A stretch of 64,000 nucleotides of DNA from Desulfurivibrionaceae bacterium. Its GTDB lineage: Bacteria > Desulfobacterota > Desulfobulbia > Desulfobulbales > Desulfurivibrionaceae. The position numbers were made by a program, and so were the translations under genes. The DNA is taken from positions 7,641 to 71,640 of the forward strand of contig JBAZCG010000003.1 of the NCBI GenBank assembly GCA_041671085.1. Reading direction: 5' to 3'. Position 1 is the stretch's first letter. Each line of letters opens with the position of its first letter. A model generated the notes under the pieces. It ran no database searches, was not told where the DNA came from, and worked only from the letters and a program-made list of their open reading frames with translations. Positions 39,085 to 49,612 of the stretch are shown piece by piece.

Positions 39085-40475
39085 ATGCAATACATCAGCA
39101 CCAGGGGCGGCATCGCCCCCATATCCTTCAAGCAAGCCGTGATGATGGGCCTTGCCACCGACGGCGGCCTGCTGCTGCCGGTGTCTATCCCCGAAATTCC
39201 AGCCGAGACCCTGACCCAATGGCGGCAGCTCAGTTATCCGAAGTTGGCCACCGCCGTGCTCAGCTGCTTTATCGACGATATCCCGGCAAACGATCTGCGC
39301 GACCTCGTCGTAAGATCGTACAGCACTTTCAATCACCCGGAGATCACCCCGCTGGTCAAGCAGGGCGACTGCTATATCCTTGAGCTGTTCCACGGGCCGA
39401 CCCTGGCCTTCAAGGACGTGGCCCTGCAGTTTTTGGGCAATGTCTTTGAGTATCTGCTCAAGGAATCCGGCGGTAAGATGAACATCCTCGGCGCCACCTC
39501 CGGCGATACCGGGAGCGCCGCGATCTACGGGGTGCGGGGTAAGGAGCGGATCAACATCTTCATCCTCCATCCCCACAAGCGGGTCAGCCCCATCAAGAAT
39601 TGCAGATGACCACCGTGACCGATGCCAACGTCTTCAATCTGGCGGTGCGCGGCACCTTTGACGACGGGCAGGCAATAGTCAAGACCATCTTCAACGATCT
39701 TGGTTTCAAGGAAAAGCACCAGTTGGGCGCGGTCAATTCCATCAACTGGGCCCGGATTGTGGCCCAGGTTGTGTACTACATCTATGCCGCGCTCAAGGTT
39801 ACCGAAAGCGAAGGGGTGGACAAGGTGGATTTTTCCGTGCCCACCGGCAATTTCGGCGATATCTTCGCCGGCTATGTGGCCCGCCGCATGCTGCCTCGGC
39901 AAATCCGTAACCTGATTCTGGCCACCAACGAGAACAATCTGCTGACCCGTTTTATCCTAAACGGCGATTATTCCCTGGGGGCGGTGGCGCAGACCTCAAG
40001 TCCTTCCATGGACATCCAGGTGGCCAGTAATTTTGAACGGTATCTCTACTACTTAAACGGCGAGGATGCCGATCGGACCCGTCGGGATATGGATCGTTTC
40101 GGTGCCAGCGGCAGTCTCCAGTTTGACGAGCTTGCCCAGGAACGGGTGCGGGCGGATTTCGCCTCGCGCAGCGTCAACGAAGCGGAAACCATCGCCACCA
40201 TCCGCGATTTTCACAAGCTGCATGGTTATGTGCTTGATCCGCATACTGCCGTGGGAGTCAAGGCCGGCTTGGCGGGCAAGGAGGTCGGGGTTCCGATGAT
40301 TTGCCTGGCCACGGCACATCCTGCCAAGTTTGGCGCGGCAGTCAGGAGCGCCATCGGCCACGAGCCTGAACTGCCGGCAAGCCTTGCCGCGCTGGCCGAC
40401 CGGGAGAGCCGCTGTGAGGTGATAGCAGCCGAGGTCGGCGCTGTGCAGGCCTTTGTCGAGCAACATGCCCTGTAG
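39085..40475 (+). CDS. thrC: Threonine synthase, split by a 1-bp frameshift near 39594
   Basis: YISTRG, ELFHGPTLAFKD and ATSGDTG in the first frame; QMTT, NSINWAR, PTGNFG, SMDIQVASNFER and TAHPAKF in the second. Confidence 0.9.
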
Positions 40476-40619
40476 GTTTTCCGGGGAGAGATTCTTTCGC
40501 CCGGATGAAGCGCGGTCTATTTTTTTAGAAACGACGCTGTGTTCCTCTGTTATACTGTTACATATCGATGGCGCAGTCGTTGGAAGAAAAACAGATGGAA
40601 GCCCGCTGAAGAGGCCTTC

Positions 40620-41699
40620 GTGAATCGAACTGAACTTCTGCAATTTCTGAGCAAGATAGACCTGTTCCACTTCTTTTCCCCGGAAGAGCTTGAGGATTTT
40701 TTGGAAAAGGCTACCGAAGTGCAGCTCGCCAAGGGCTTCATCCTCTTTCACGAGGGCGATCCAGGGCAGGAGATGTATATTGTATTGCGTGGGCTGATCA
40801 AGGTCTTTCGCGGCAACCGGGTGATTGATATCATCAAGCCTGGCGACTATTTCGGCGAAATGGCCATCATCGAAAACCAGCCTCGCTCCGCCAGCGTGGC
40901 CACCCTGGAAGATGCGGTCCTTCTCCGGGTTCCCTTGGCGGTTTTCCAGGAGTATTTTTCCCGTCAGCCGAAATCGCTGGTCGCCATGATGCGGACCTTG
41001 AGCCAGCGGGTCCGCCGCGATCTTGAAATCCTCGGGCATGAGTATGAGCAGATCAATATCATGGTGCATGATATGAAGAATCTGCTTACCCCCTTTCACC
41101 TGCTGGAGGTTCTGGAAAGAACCGTACCAGGGCTTGCCGGGAATAGATACCTTGCCTGCATGGTCAAGGCGCGGTGGGATCTCCTTATTCTCATGGAAAA
41201 CGCCTTGGCCCAGGCCCGGCGACTCCAGATCGAAACCCCTATCCATGTCGCCTCGCTGGATCAGCTGATCGTTGATCTGCAAGAGTCGGCCTGGATGGTG
41301 CATCCGGAGATTGGTGGGCGTGGTCTCAGGGTAGAGGTCACCGGCAGTCTGCCTGAATTCCCTTTTTCTTCTCTCGGTCTCTGTCGGGTGCTTTCAAACC
41401 TGGTGGTCAATGCCGCCCAGGCCAGTGAAGCAGAGGGTGGGATCACCATTGCCCTTTCCCGTCAGGATGACGAAGCCATAGTCAAGGTCATTGACCATGG
41501 TCACGGTATCCCCGATGAGGCGCGGGAGAAAATATTCCAGCCCCATTTCACCACCAAGGCCGACGGCAATGGGATCGGCCTCATCTCCTGCAAGCAGATC
41601 ATCGAAGAAACCCATCGCGGCAGCCTCACTTTTGAGTCTACGCCCGGTCAGGGCACGACCTTCACCATCCGCCTTCCCTTCTCCACCCCAATCGGGTAA
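40620..41699 (+). CDS. cNMP-binding-domain sensor histidine kinase
   Basis: GDYFGEMAII..PRSASV, H-box VHDMKN, NLVVNA, DHGHG and FTTK..GNGIGL. GTG start at 40620. Confidence 0.88.
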   Translation: MNRTELLQFLSKIDLFHFFSPEELEDFLEKATEVQLAKGFILFHEGDPGQEMYIVLRGLIKVFRGNRVIDIIKPGDYFGEMAIIENQPRSASVATLEDAVLLRVPLAVFQEYFSRQPKSLVAMMRTLSQRVRRDLEILGHEYEQINIMVHDMKNLLTPFHLLEVLERTVPGLAGNRYLACMVKARWDLLILMENALAQARRLQIETPIHVASLDQLIVDLQESAWMVHPEIGGRGLRVEVTGSLPEFPFSSLGLCRVLSNLVVNAAQASEAEGGITIALSRQDDEAIVKVIDHGHGIPDEAREKIFQPHFTTKADGNGIGLISCKQIIEETHRGSLTFESTPGQGTTFTIRLPFSTPIG

Positions 41700-41708
41700 A
41701 TAATTACG

Positions 41709-41832
41709 TAACCGTCCAGCAGCACTGCATCTGCTTCGCAGTTTCGCTCTGCGCTCGCTTAGCTGTCATCGATCAGTCCGCATACCGCATGTATTGCGGA
41801 CTGATCTCTTTGTCGGCACTGCTGATCGGTTA
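41709..41832. repeat. Intergenic inverted-repeat element, copy C
   Basis: Arms TAACCG..CAGCAG / CTGCTG..CGGTTA, with an inner hairpin GATCAGTCCGCA...TGCGGACTGATC. Confidence 0.7.
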
Positions 41833-41896
41833 TTCTTTCGCTGTGGCCGTGTTGTGTGTCATATTTGATGAGCTATAGATCAGTCAGCAGGGGCGG

Positions 41897-42727
41897 ATGA
41901 TAATGGAAATTTACAAGCAGAGGGTCGATGAGGCTGTTAGATTTTTACGGGATCGCATGCCGGAGTCGCCGGAGATTGTCCTGGTGCTCGGCACCGGTCT
42001 GAGCGGCTTGGCAGAAAGGATCGAGTCGCAGGTTGTTTTGCCCTATGCGGAGATTCCCAATTTTCCCAAAGCGACCGTGGCCAGCCATGCAGGAAATCTC
42101 GTTTTTGGCAGGCTCTGCGGTAAGCCGGTGGCTGTGTTGCAGGGCAGGTTCCATTATTACGAAGGCTATTGCGCCCGTGAGCTGACCATGCCGATTCGGG
42201 CCCTCGCCCTGCTCGGCGCAAAAATTCTTATCGTTTCCAACTCGGCAGGCGGCCTCAATCCGGCTTTTGCGCCCGGCACCTTGATGGTGCTGCGCGACCA
42301 TCTGAACTTCATCCTGGACAACCCCCTGCGCGGCCCCAATATTGATGCCTGGGGCCCCCGCTTTCCCGATCTCTCCGCCCCCTATGACCGGCGCTTGATC
42401 GATACGGCCCTGGCCTGCGCGGCCCGGCAGCAGATCGCCCAGGTAGCCACCGGTATTTATGTGGCCATCCCCGGCCCCAGCCTGGAAACCCCGGCGGAAA
42501 CCCGGTATCTCCGGCAATGCGGTGCCGATGCCGTGGGCATGTCCACCGTGCCCGAGGTGATCGTGGCCATTCATGCCGGAATGCGGGTGCTGGGGCTATC
42601 GGTGGTGGCAAACGTCAACGATCCGGACAATCTCAAACCCATCATTTTGGAAGACATCATTGAGGAAACCAAAAAGGCGGAAGACCGCTTGTCGTGTCTT
42701 CTCCTTGCCGTGTTACCCGAGATTTAG
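41897..42727 (+). CDS. punA: Purine-nucleoside phosphorylase (trimeric type)
   Basis: LGTGL, QGRFHYYEG, NSAGG, GPRFPD, GPSLETPAE and AVGMSTVPE. Confidence 0.92.
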   Translation: MIMEIYKQRVDEAVRFLRDRMPESPEIVLVLGTGLSGLAERIESQVVLPYAEIPNFPKATVASHAGNLVFGRLCGKPVAVLQGRFHYYEGYCARELTMPIRALALLGAKILIVSNSAGGLNPAFAPGTLMVLRDHLNFILDNPLRGPNIDAWGPRFPDLSAPYDRRLIDTALACAARQQIAQVATGIYVAIPGPSLETPAETRYLRQCGADAVGMSTVPEVIVAIHAGMRVLGLSVVANVNDPDNLKPIILEDIIEETKKAEDRLSCLLLAVLPEI

Positions 42728-42738
42728 AAGAGGACTCC

Positions 42739-44070
42739 ATGAACTTTAAGCCAACCTTGCTGGTTTGCGGCCAGATTCTGACCTTGGACCCCCAAAATAC
42801 CGTGATCGAAGACGGCGCCGTGGCCATAGCCGGAGATACCATTGTCGAGGTGGGGGGCCGGGCAGCCTTGGCGGGCAAGTACCCAGACGTAGAGCAGCTC
42901 GTCCAGCCCCATGGTCTGGTTATGCCTGGGCTGGTCAATACCCACACCCATGCGGCCATGGCCTGCTTTCGGGGGCTGGCCGATGATCTGCCCCTGATGA
43001 CCTGGCTCACCGAGTACATTTTTCCGGTGGAGGCCAATCTCAACACCGAGATGGTCTACCAGTCCTCTTTGCTCTCCATGGCCGAGATGATCAAATCCGG
43101 CACCACCAGTTTCTGCGACATGTATCTTTTTGCCAAGGAGGTGGCTCGCGCCACGGTGGATTCCGGGATGCGCGGCTGGCTGGGCGAGGTGCTGTACGAT
43201 TTCCCCTCGCCCAACTACGGCGCACCCGAAAACGGCATCACGTATCTGGAGGAGATGCTGGCCGAATACCGCAACCATCCGCTTATCTCCATCACCGTTG
43301 ATCCCCATGCCGTGTACACCTGCTCCCCCGATTTGCTCAAACGTCTCAAGGGCGTGGCGGAAAGCCACGGGGCCGCCTATGTGATCCACCTCTCCGAAAC
43401 CGGGGACGAGGTGGAGGGGTGCCGGGCCAAATACGGGTACACCCCGGTCATGCACCTTGATGCCCTGGGGATTCTCGACAGCCAGGTGGTGGCGGACCAT
43501 TGCGTGATGCTGACCGAACCGGAGATCGACCTTCTCGCCGAGCGGGGCGTTAAGGTGGCCCATTGCCCGGAAAGCAATATGAAGCTTGCCTCGGGCGTGG
43601 CCCCGGTGGTGGAGCTGCTGGCGGCCGGGGTCACGGTGGGTCTGGGTACGGACGGCGCGGCCAGCAACAACGATGTGGACATGTTCGGCGAGATGGACAC
43701 CGCGGCCAAGCTGCACAAGGTACATCGGCTCGACCCCACGGTGATGAGCGCTGAGACCACCCTGCGGATGGCCACCCTGGGCGGCGCCAAGCTGTTGGGC
43801 GCGGAGAGCCGGATCGGCAGTCTGGAGGTGGGGAAAAAAGCAGACCTCATCGTACTGGATATGAACAAGCCGCACCTGACCCCGATGTACAACATCCCCT
43901 CCCATCTGGTTTACGCGGCAACCGGTTCGGATGTGGAGCATTCGGTGATCAACGGCCGGGTGGTGATGCGCAATCGAAAGCTGCTCACCATGGACGAGGC
44001 CGCGGTGCTGGATAGGTTGCGCGAGATCGGTGCGAAGATCTCCGGGTTGGTAAAAGCCGGGCGGCGATGA
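42739..44070 (+). CDS. mtaD: MTA/SAH deaminase (amidohydrolase)
   Basis: PGLVNTHTH, FRGLADD, HLSET, HCPESNMKLASG and LGTDGAASNN; follows the phosphorylase. Confidence 0.8.
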   Translation: MNFKPTLLVCGQILTLDPQNTVIEDGAVAIAGDTIVEVGGRAALAGKYPDVEQLVQPHGLVMPGLVNTHTHAAMACFRGLADDLPLMTWLTEYIFPVEANLNTEMVYQSSLLSMAEMIKSGTTSFCDMYLFAKEVARATVDSGMRGWLGEVLYDFPSPNYGAPENGITYLEEMLAEYRNHPLISITVDPHAVYTCSPDLLKRLKGVAESHGAAYVIHLSETGDEVEGCRAKYGYTPVMHLDALGILDSQVVADHCVMLTEPEIDLLAERGVKVAHCPESNMKLASGVAPVVELLAAGVTVGLGTDGAASNNDVDMFGEMDTAAKLHKVHRLDPTVMSAETTLRMATLGGAKLLGAESRIGSLEVGKKADLIVLDMNKPHLTPMYNIPSHLVYAATGSDVEHSVINGRVVMRNRKLLTMDEAAVLDRLREIGAKISGLVKAGRR

Positions 44071-44080
44071 GGGCCGACGG

Positions 44081-44926
44081 CTAGTTCTTTCTTGAGGAAA
44101 ACTGGCGCAACCCGGTTGCCCCCAGATAGACCAACCCCGCGATTACAATAATGGTCGGGCCGCTGGGCAAATCGTTGTTGTAGCTGATGGCGAGTCCCGA
44201 GCCGATAAAGGCGAGGCAGAACAGGGTGGCCAGCACCATCATCTGCCAAAGGCCCTTGGCAAAGTTGCTTGCCACCGCGGCAGGCAGGGTCAGCAGGGCA
44301 ATAACCATAACAATCCCCACTACCCGGACCAGCAGTACCACGGTCAGGGCTGTCAGGCAGAGGAGCAGCAGGTAGTACAGATCGGTGCGCACCCCGCGCA
44401 ACCTGGCAAATTCCTCGTCAAAGCAGACGGCCAGGAATTTATGGTAAAACAGGGTGGCGGTTCCCACCACCAGGACGTCCAGCACCAGCACCATCCAGAG
44501 ATCAAACTCCGAGATCAGCAGAATATTGCCGAACAGGTAGCTCATCGGCTCGATGTAGCCCGGGGTTTTGGCGATGAACAGCAAGCCGATGGCCATGCCG
44601 ATGGCCCAGAGGGCGCCGATGGCCGTGTCTTCCCGCTGGTTGGCGTGGATGCTCACCAGGCCGATGATGATTGCCGCTAAAAGCGCCGCGACGATGGCCC
44701 CGGTGAGGGGGCCGAACCAGGTAATCCCCAACTTGTGCTGGCAGTAAAGCCCCGCGCCGATGCCGCCGAGTACGCAATGGGCAATGGCCCCAGCAATGTA
44801 TGTGATGCGGCGGGCCACCACGTAAGTGCCGATGATGCCGAAGGACATGCTGGCTAGGATGCCGACGGCAAAGGCGTAGCGCAGGAAGGGAATGGCCGGG
44901 TCGGCCAGGGCGTCAAGAAATTCCAT
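44081..44926 (-). CDS. znuB: Zn/Mn ABC transporter permease
   Basis: AIAHCVLGG, EDTAIG, YLFGNIL, FDEEFA and VGIVMV; hydrophobic. Confidence 0.85.
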   Translation of the reverse strand: MEFLDALADPAIPFLRYAFAVGILASMSFGIIGTYVVARRITYIAGAIAHCVLGGIGAGLYCQHKLGITWFGPLTGAIVAALLAAIIIGLVSIHANQREDTAIGALWAIGMAIGLLFIAKTPGYIEPMSYLFGNILLISEFDLWMVLVLDVLVVGTATLFYHKFLAVCFDEEFARLRGVRTDLYYLLLLCLTALTVVLLVRVVGIVMVIALLTLPAAVASNFAKGLWQMMVLATLFCLAFIGSGLAISYNNDLPSGPTIIVIAGLVYLGATGLRQFSSRKN

Positions 44927-45707
44927 GGTTGCAGTGTCCCTCGGGAGAGCAACGGTGATCGTGGCGGATCATGCGGATGTCGCCGCCGTACATGTTGCGG
45001 ATCAGCTCGCCGGTCAGTTCGCTGGTGGGGTGGAGCACGACTTGGCGGTTGACACAGACGATGCTTTTAAAGAACTTCGAGGCAAAGCCCACATCGTGGG
45101 TGACCAGCATGACGGTGAGCCGTTCGTTGAGCTTGGTGAGTAGTTCAAAGAGATGCTCTTCCGAGGCGGCGTCGATGTTGGCCGTGGGCTCGTCCAGGAT
45201 CAGCAGTTCGCCTTCGGCGGCCAGTGCTCGGGCAATAAGGACCCGCTGTCTTTGTCCCCCCGAAATTTCGGCAAACAGGCGGCCGGCCAGATCTGCCAGG
45301 TCCATTTCCGTAAGGGCTGCCAGGGCGGCCTCATGGTCGGCCTTGGCATATGCGCCGCAGAAAATCCGGTCCAAGCGGCCCATGAGCACGACATCGAGCA
45401 CGGTTACTGGAAACTGCGGATCGTAGCGCGCATACTGCGGCACATAGCCGATGCGCAAGCGGCTTTTCTCCGGGGTTTGCCCCAGTACCTCGATCTCGCC
45501 CCGGTTCGGTTTGAGCAGGCCGAGGATGAGCTTGAGCAGAGTGGTCTTGCCGCCGCCGTTGGGGCCCACGATGCAGAGGGAATCACGGGCCATGATCTCC
45601 AGGCTGACGCCTTCGAGAATGGGCGTGCCGTTGTAGGCAAAATCAAGATCCCGGATGCGGATGGCTGTTTCCTGTGTGCTGCTGGCGCTCATGGGCGGCT
45701 CCTTCAT
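44913..45707 (-). CDS. znuC: Zn/Mn ABC transporter ATPase
   Basis: [31 protein letters not shown] and a His/Cys tail HDHRC..HC.H. Confidence 0.87.
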   Translation of the reverse strand: MKEPPMSASSTQETAIRIRDLDFAYNGTPILEGVSLEIMARDSLCIVGPNGGGKTTLLKLILGLLKPNRGEIEVLGQTPEKSRLRIGYVPQYARYDPQFPVTVLDVVLMGRLDRIFCGAYAKADHEAALAALTEMDLADLAGRLFAEISGGQRQRVLIARALAAEGELLILDEPTANIDAASEEHLFELLTKLNERLTVMLVTHDVGFASKFFKSIVCVNRQVVLHPTSELTGELIRNMYGGDIRMIRHDHRCSPEGHCNHGIS

Positions 45708-46591
45708 TGTTTCAGCGCTTGTTCGATGGCTGCGGCGATGGCGGTGAGATTGCGCAGCACCTCCTGGTCCAGGGGGTCGATGGGCACCACGGCCCCGTTG
45801 ATGGCCTGGGCCACGGTGTCGGCGCTCTTGCTGTCGAATTGCGGTTGGACAAAGATGGTATGTACCCGATCCTCCCTGGCCTGGCGGACAAGAGCGGTAA
45901 GCTGCCTCGGGGTGGGGGATTTGCCGCTGATTTCCACGGCCTTTTGTTTCAGGCCGTAGGCATTGGCAAAATAGCCAAAGGCTGGATGAAAGACATAAAA
46001 GGTTTTACCCCGGTGCGGGGCCAGGGTGGTTGCCAACCGTTTGTCCAGAGCGCTGATCTCGGTTTGGAGGGCGGCGAGATTTCTGTGCAAGGCTTCTTTG
46101 CGCTCCGGCATGGCGGCGCTCAAGGCGGTGGCCATGTTGTCGGCCATGATCCGCAGGTTGTCCGTGGCCAGCCAGAGATGGGGGTCTGCCTCATTGCCGT
46201 GTGCTTCGTGGTGGTCTGGTTCTGTGAGCGGCAACCGGACAATCCCCTTGGTGGAGTCCACAATTTTTAGATTGCGATTGCTGGCTGCTACTTTGGCTGC
46301 CAGCTGCTTTTCAAAGGGGATGTCCACGGTGAAAAACAGGTTGGCTCCGGCCAGGGCGGCAGCCTGACGCGGGGTAGGTTCAAAGGTGTGAGGGTCTTGC
46401 CCTTTGCCCACCAGAGTGTGTACCTCCACCGCTTCGCCGCCGATTCTTTGGGCAAGATATGCTTGGGGCGGCACGGTGACAAAGATCTGTGTTTTTGGCC
46501 CCGCCGCTGGCACTGCTGTGGCAGCGAAGAAGGTGGTGGCCCCAAAAAAAACAGCGGCGGTTAGGAGTCTGGAAAGGTTCAATGTTGGCAT
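45704..46591 (-). CDS. znuA: Zn/Mn ABC transporter substrate-binding protein (cluster A-I)
   Basis: QDPHTFEP, His loop DHHEAH, DPHLWL, HPAFGYF and DPL. Confidence 0.87.
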   Translation of the reverse strand: MPTLNLSRLLTAAVFFGATTFFAATAVPAAGPKTQIFVTVPPQAYLAQRIGGEAVEVHTLVGKGQDPHTFEPTPRQAAALAGANLFFTVDIPFEKQLAAKVAASNRNLKIVDSTKGIVRLPLTEPDHHEAHGNEADPHLWLATDNLRIMADNMATALSAAMPERKEALHRNLAALQTEISALDKRLATTLAPHRGKTFYVFHPAFGYFANAYGLKQKAVEISGKSPTPRQLTALVRQAREDRVHTIFVQPQFDSKSADTVAQAINGAVVPIDPLDQEVLRNLTAIAAAIEQALKQ

Positions 46592-46854
46592 GGAATTTCC
46601 TTGGTTCCGCAGACCAAATGTACGGCCTTGCACTCATCGCATTTTTGCAGGGAATGGGTGTTGAGGAATTTGGCCCAGTGGGTGCGTTGCTCCGAAGTGA
46701 GAATGCCTGTACCCTGGCAGAGGGGGCAGCCGTTTTCCAAAGCGTTCAGGATGGCGCTTCTGATAAATTCCGATTTGTTGGGCACCTTGTGCAGGGCTTC
46801 GGCCAGCGCTTCATCAGCCTTGAAGGTGATGGTTTCCTGTTTTTTGTTGTGCAT
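46579..46854 (-). CDS. Ribbon-helix-helix (CopG-like) regulator with a Cys-rich C-terminus
   Basis: RHH pattern [25 protein letters not shown], followed by CPLC, H, H..CDEC, H..C and CQH. AGAGG RBS; overlaps the znuA start. Confidence 0.8.
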   Translation of the reverse strand: MHNKKQETITFKADEALAEALHKVPNKSEFIRSAILNALENGCPLCQGTGILTSEQRTHWAKFLNTHSLQKCDECKAVHLVCGTKEIPCQH

Positions 46855-46889
46855 GGTTTTCCTCTGAGATGTATGAATGGTATGCTCTG

Positions 46890-46918
46890 ATCGTAATACA
46901 AAGTATTACCTGAGTAAA
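46890..46918 (-). promoter_or_regulatory. Sigma70-like promoter containing a perfect palindromic operator candidate
   Basis: Minus strand reads TTTACT-17 bp-TACGAT. The palindrome GTAATAC-AAA-GTATTAC (46893-46909) fills the spacer and overlaps the -10 element. Confidence 0.7.
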
Positions 46919-47078
46919 CCGAAATCTCCGCAAAGCGGCACCTGTTTGTGTGTAAGATCCAACTTAAAAGGGGGGTTGCTTCTTCGTCTCCTTATGGTAT
47001 AAATAAGCAATTGCTTTTTTTTCTGCTTGTCTTGTCGGGTTTATCCACCAAAACGCCGTCAGCTGAAAGGGGTTTCTC

Positions 47079-47273
47079 ATGTTTGGACTTGGAATGCCGG
47101 AGCTCATCGTTATTCTGGTGATAATCGTCATTATCTTCGGGGCGGGTAAGCTGCCCGAGATCGGTTCGGGAATCGGGAAGGGCATCAAGAATTTTAAAAA
47201 AGCCACCAGCGATGAGGACAAGCAGGAAAAGATCGAAGAAAAAGATAAGGAAGGGGGCTCTGGCTCCGCCTGA
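47079..47273 (+). CDS. tatA: Twin-arginine translocase TatA/E
   Basis: [33 protein letters not shown]. Confidence 0.95.
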   Translation: MFGLGMPELIVILVIIVIIFGAGKLPEIGSGIGKGIKNFKKATSDEDKQEKIEEKDKEGGSGSA

Positions 47274-47322
47274 TAAGATACTGCACGGTTGCTTGTAATA
47301 ATTTTATGAAAGGAGAATGGAT

Positions 47323-47550
47323 ATGTTTGGTTTGGGTACTCCGGAATTGATTGTTATCTTGGGAATCGCCTTTCTGGTTTTTGGCGGCAAGAAGCTGCCG
47401 GAAATTGGCTCCGGCCTTGGCAAGGCCATATCCTCCTTTAAGAAAGGACTGCACGAGGTGGAAGAAACCGTCCCCGGTGTGAAAGAGGCCGCTTTCCTCA
47501 AAGAGGAAGTTAGCAAGGTCAAGGATTTGGCCAGCCCATTTGCTAAATAA
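47323..47550 (+). CDS. tatA: Second TatA/E paralog
   Basis: [36 protein letters not shown]. Start is at 47317 or 47323. Confidence 0.92.
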   Translation: MFGLGTPELIVILGIAFLVFGGKKLPEIGSGLGKAISSFKKGLHEVEETVPGVKEAAFLKEEVSKVKDLASPFAK

Positions 47551-47573
47551 GCAAGGACGGTTGTTGGGCGTAT

Positions 47574-47612
47574 AAGGCAGGCGGATACCTTGGTATCCGC
47601 CTGCCTTTTTTT
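47574..47612 (+). terminator. Rho-independent terminator
   Basis: AAGGCAGGCGGATAC-CTTG-GTATCCGCCTGCCTT followed by a T run. Confidence 0.85.
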
Positions 47613-47744
47613 ATTGCAATATCCTACTTGTATTCCTGGGCGTTCTGCATATACAATGGTGCGTAGCTGCAAGAGTTTGCAAGCTGAGGCAGCAGCCTGT
47701 TTTTTCTTGTTCCGCATTACATACAAAAACTCGATGGAGGTAGC

Positions 47745-49519
47745 ATGACCGTTTTGCATCGCATTTTTTCGCGTCGGGAGAAAAACCCGGGTTGTCATGG
47801 GCGGGGTTTTGCTGTTTTGCTGGGCTGCGTTTTTTTTGTTGTTTCGGCCTTACCTGTTGGTGCCTCTGGTAACCCTGATCTTGTCAAAACCATCCAGGGA
47901 CAAAAGGCGGACATCATCAATGGGGTGGCCTGTTCTCCCGACGGGAAAAAAATCGCCTCTGCCGGGGATGATGGGGCTGTCAAGGTTTGGGATGCTACTT
48001 CGGGGAAAGTTTTGCTTACCCTGGGCAAGGATCTGCAAGGCGCGGATGCCGTGGCTTTTTCCCCTGATGGCCAGATGCTTGCCGCTGCGGTGAACGCCGG
48101 TGGCCGGCGCGGCAATGCCGTGCAGATCTGGGACCTGGCAAACGGTCAACTGGTGCAGGACATGCGGGAGCACACCCAGCAGATCAATGACCTGGCTTTT
48201 TCGCCGGACGGCAATCGCATTGCCTCGGTGAGCAATGACAACACCCTGCGGATTTGGAACGTGAAGTATGGGACCCTTGAGACCACCCAGAAGGAAACCA
48301 AAAATAATCTCTTGGCCCTTGCCTATTCGCCGGACGGCAAAAAAATTGTCGCCACCGAGAACTGGGACGGCAAGATCCAGATGTGGGATGCGGTTAATGT
48401 CCGCCTGATCCGTTCGATCCAGGGGCATGCCGATTGGGTGCTGTGTGTGGCCTATTCCCCAGACGGCAAGGAGTTTGTCAGCGGCAGTCGGGATGGATCG
48501 GTGTATGCCTGGGATGCCGAGTCCGGCGCACGCCTGAGGGTTTTGCGAGACCCTGAGCTGGACCCGGTGAACAGCGTGGTTTATTCCCCAGATGGTCGTT
48601 ATGTCATGGCCGCCACCCAAAGCAGGCATATTCTGTCCTGGCAGAAAAGCGGGGGCAAGCTGTGCAACTTTTATGCAGGGCACGATCTTTCCGTAACCTC
48701 CTTGGCCTTTCCCGCCTCCGGCAAACAGCTCGTTTCTGCGAGTCTGGATGGGACGATTCGGGTCTGGAACGGCCCCGGCCAGGGCGGGCCGGATTCTCTT
48801 TATGCCCAGGCCATGAAATATGAGGCAGGAACAGATCCTATGGAGCAAGACCTTGGCCAAGCCGCCAAGCTCTATCAGCAGGCGGCTGAAAATGGCCAGG
48901 TAGAGGCTATGTTCCGCCTGGGCGGGATGTACAGTCAGGGCAAGGGAGTAGCTCGGAATCCCGAGGAGGCCAGAAAATGGTGGACCCTTGCCGCGGAAAA
49001 GGGTTCTGCCCCGGCCAAGGTGCAGTTGCAGACGGGCCAAAAGGTTGCCCTGGCTGTTTCGTCGTCGCCCCAAGCAAAGCTCGAAGAGCCGCGCGTCCAG
49101 GCAGAGCCCAAGGCCTTGGAGCCGGAGGATAAAAAGGTTAAGGCGGCAGTGAAGGAGCAGCCAAAGCCGGAGCAGATCGCCAAGGCTGTTCCCGCTCCGG
49201 CCCCGGTTGCCAGGGATAAAAATACCCTGTACGAAGAAGGCATGCGGTTTTTTAAGGGTGAAGGGGTAACCCGGGATTATGCCCAGGCCCACAAGCTTTT
49301 TGTCGAGGCTGCGGAGATGGGTCAGGCCAAGGCGCAGTATCGGCTTGGCTTCATGTTCAGCCTTGGCAAGGGTGTGAAAAAGAGTGACCAGGAAGCGGTC
49401 AGTTGGTGGAGATCGGGGGCGGGGTCAAGCAGGATGTGGGCGAGGCCAAGAAGTGGTACCAGAAGGCTGCGGCCAATGGCAATGTCAATGCCGCGCAAAG
49501 TTTAAAGATGCTGCCCTGA
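47745..49519 (+). CDS. Secreted WD40 beta-propeller + SEL1-repeat protein with a 3' deletion/frameshift
   Basis: Signal-like N-terminus, about 7 repeats of VAxSPDG..SxDGxVxxWD, then SEL1 repeats. The last repeat continues in another frame from about 49409 to TGA at 49517-49519. Confidence 0.82.
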
Positions 49520-49542
49520 TCGGATGGTGTTGCTGAGATAAT

Positions 49543-49574
49543 AAAAAAAGGCGGGGTTTTCCCCGCCTTTTTTT
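49543..49574. terminator. Bidirectional terminator between convergent genes
   Basis: A7-GGCGGGG-TTTT-CCCCGCC-T7. Confidence 0.88.
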
Positions 49575-49612
49575 ATGCCTGGAGCCAGAAGCAAATGCTC
49601 CCGGCCTATGCC

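Noticed and set aside
47745..47870. SRR in the WD40 protein N-terminus as a Tat signal linked to the adjacent tatA genes
   Set aside because: SRREKN lacks the xFLK consensus and is separated from the hydrophobic stretch; a strong terminator also separates the genes.
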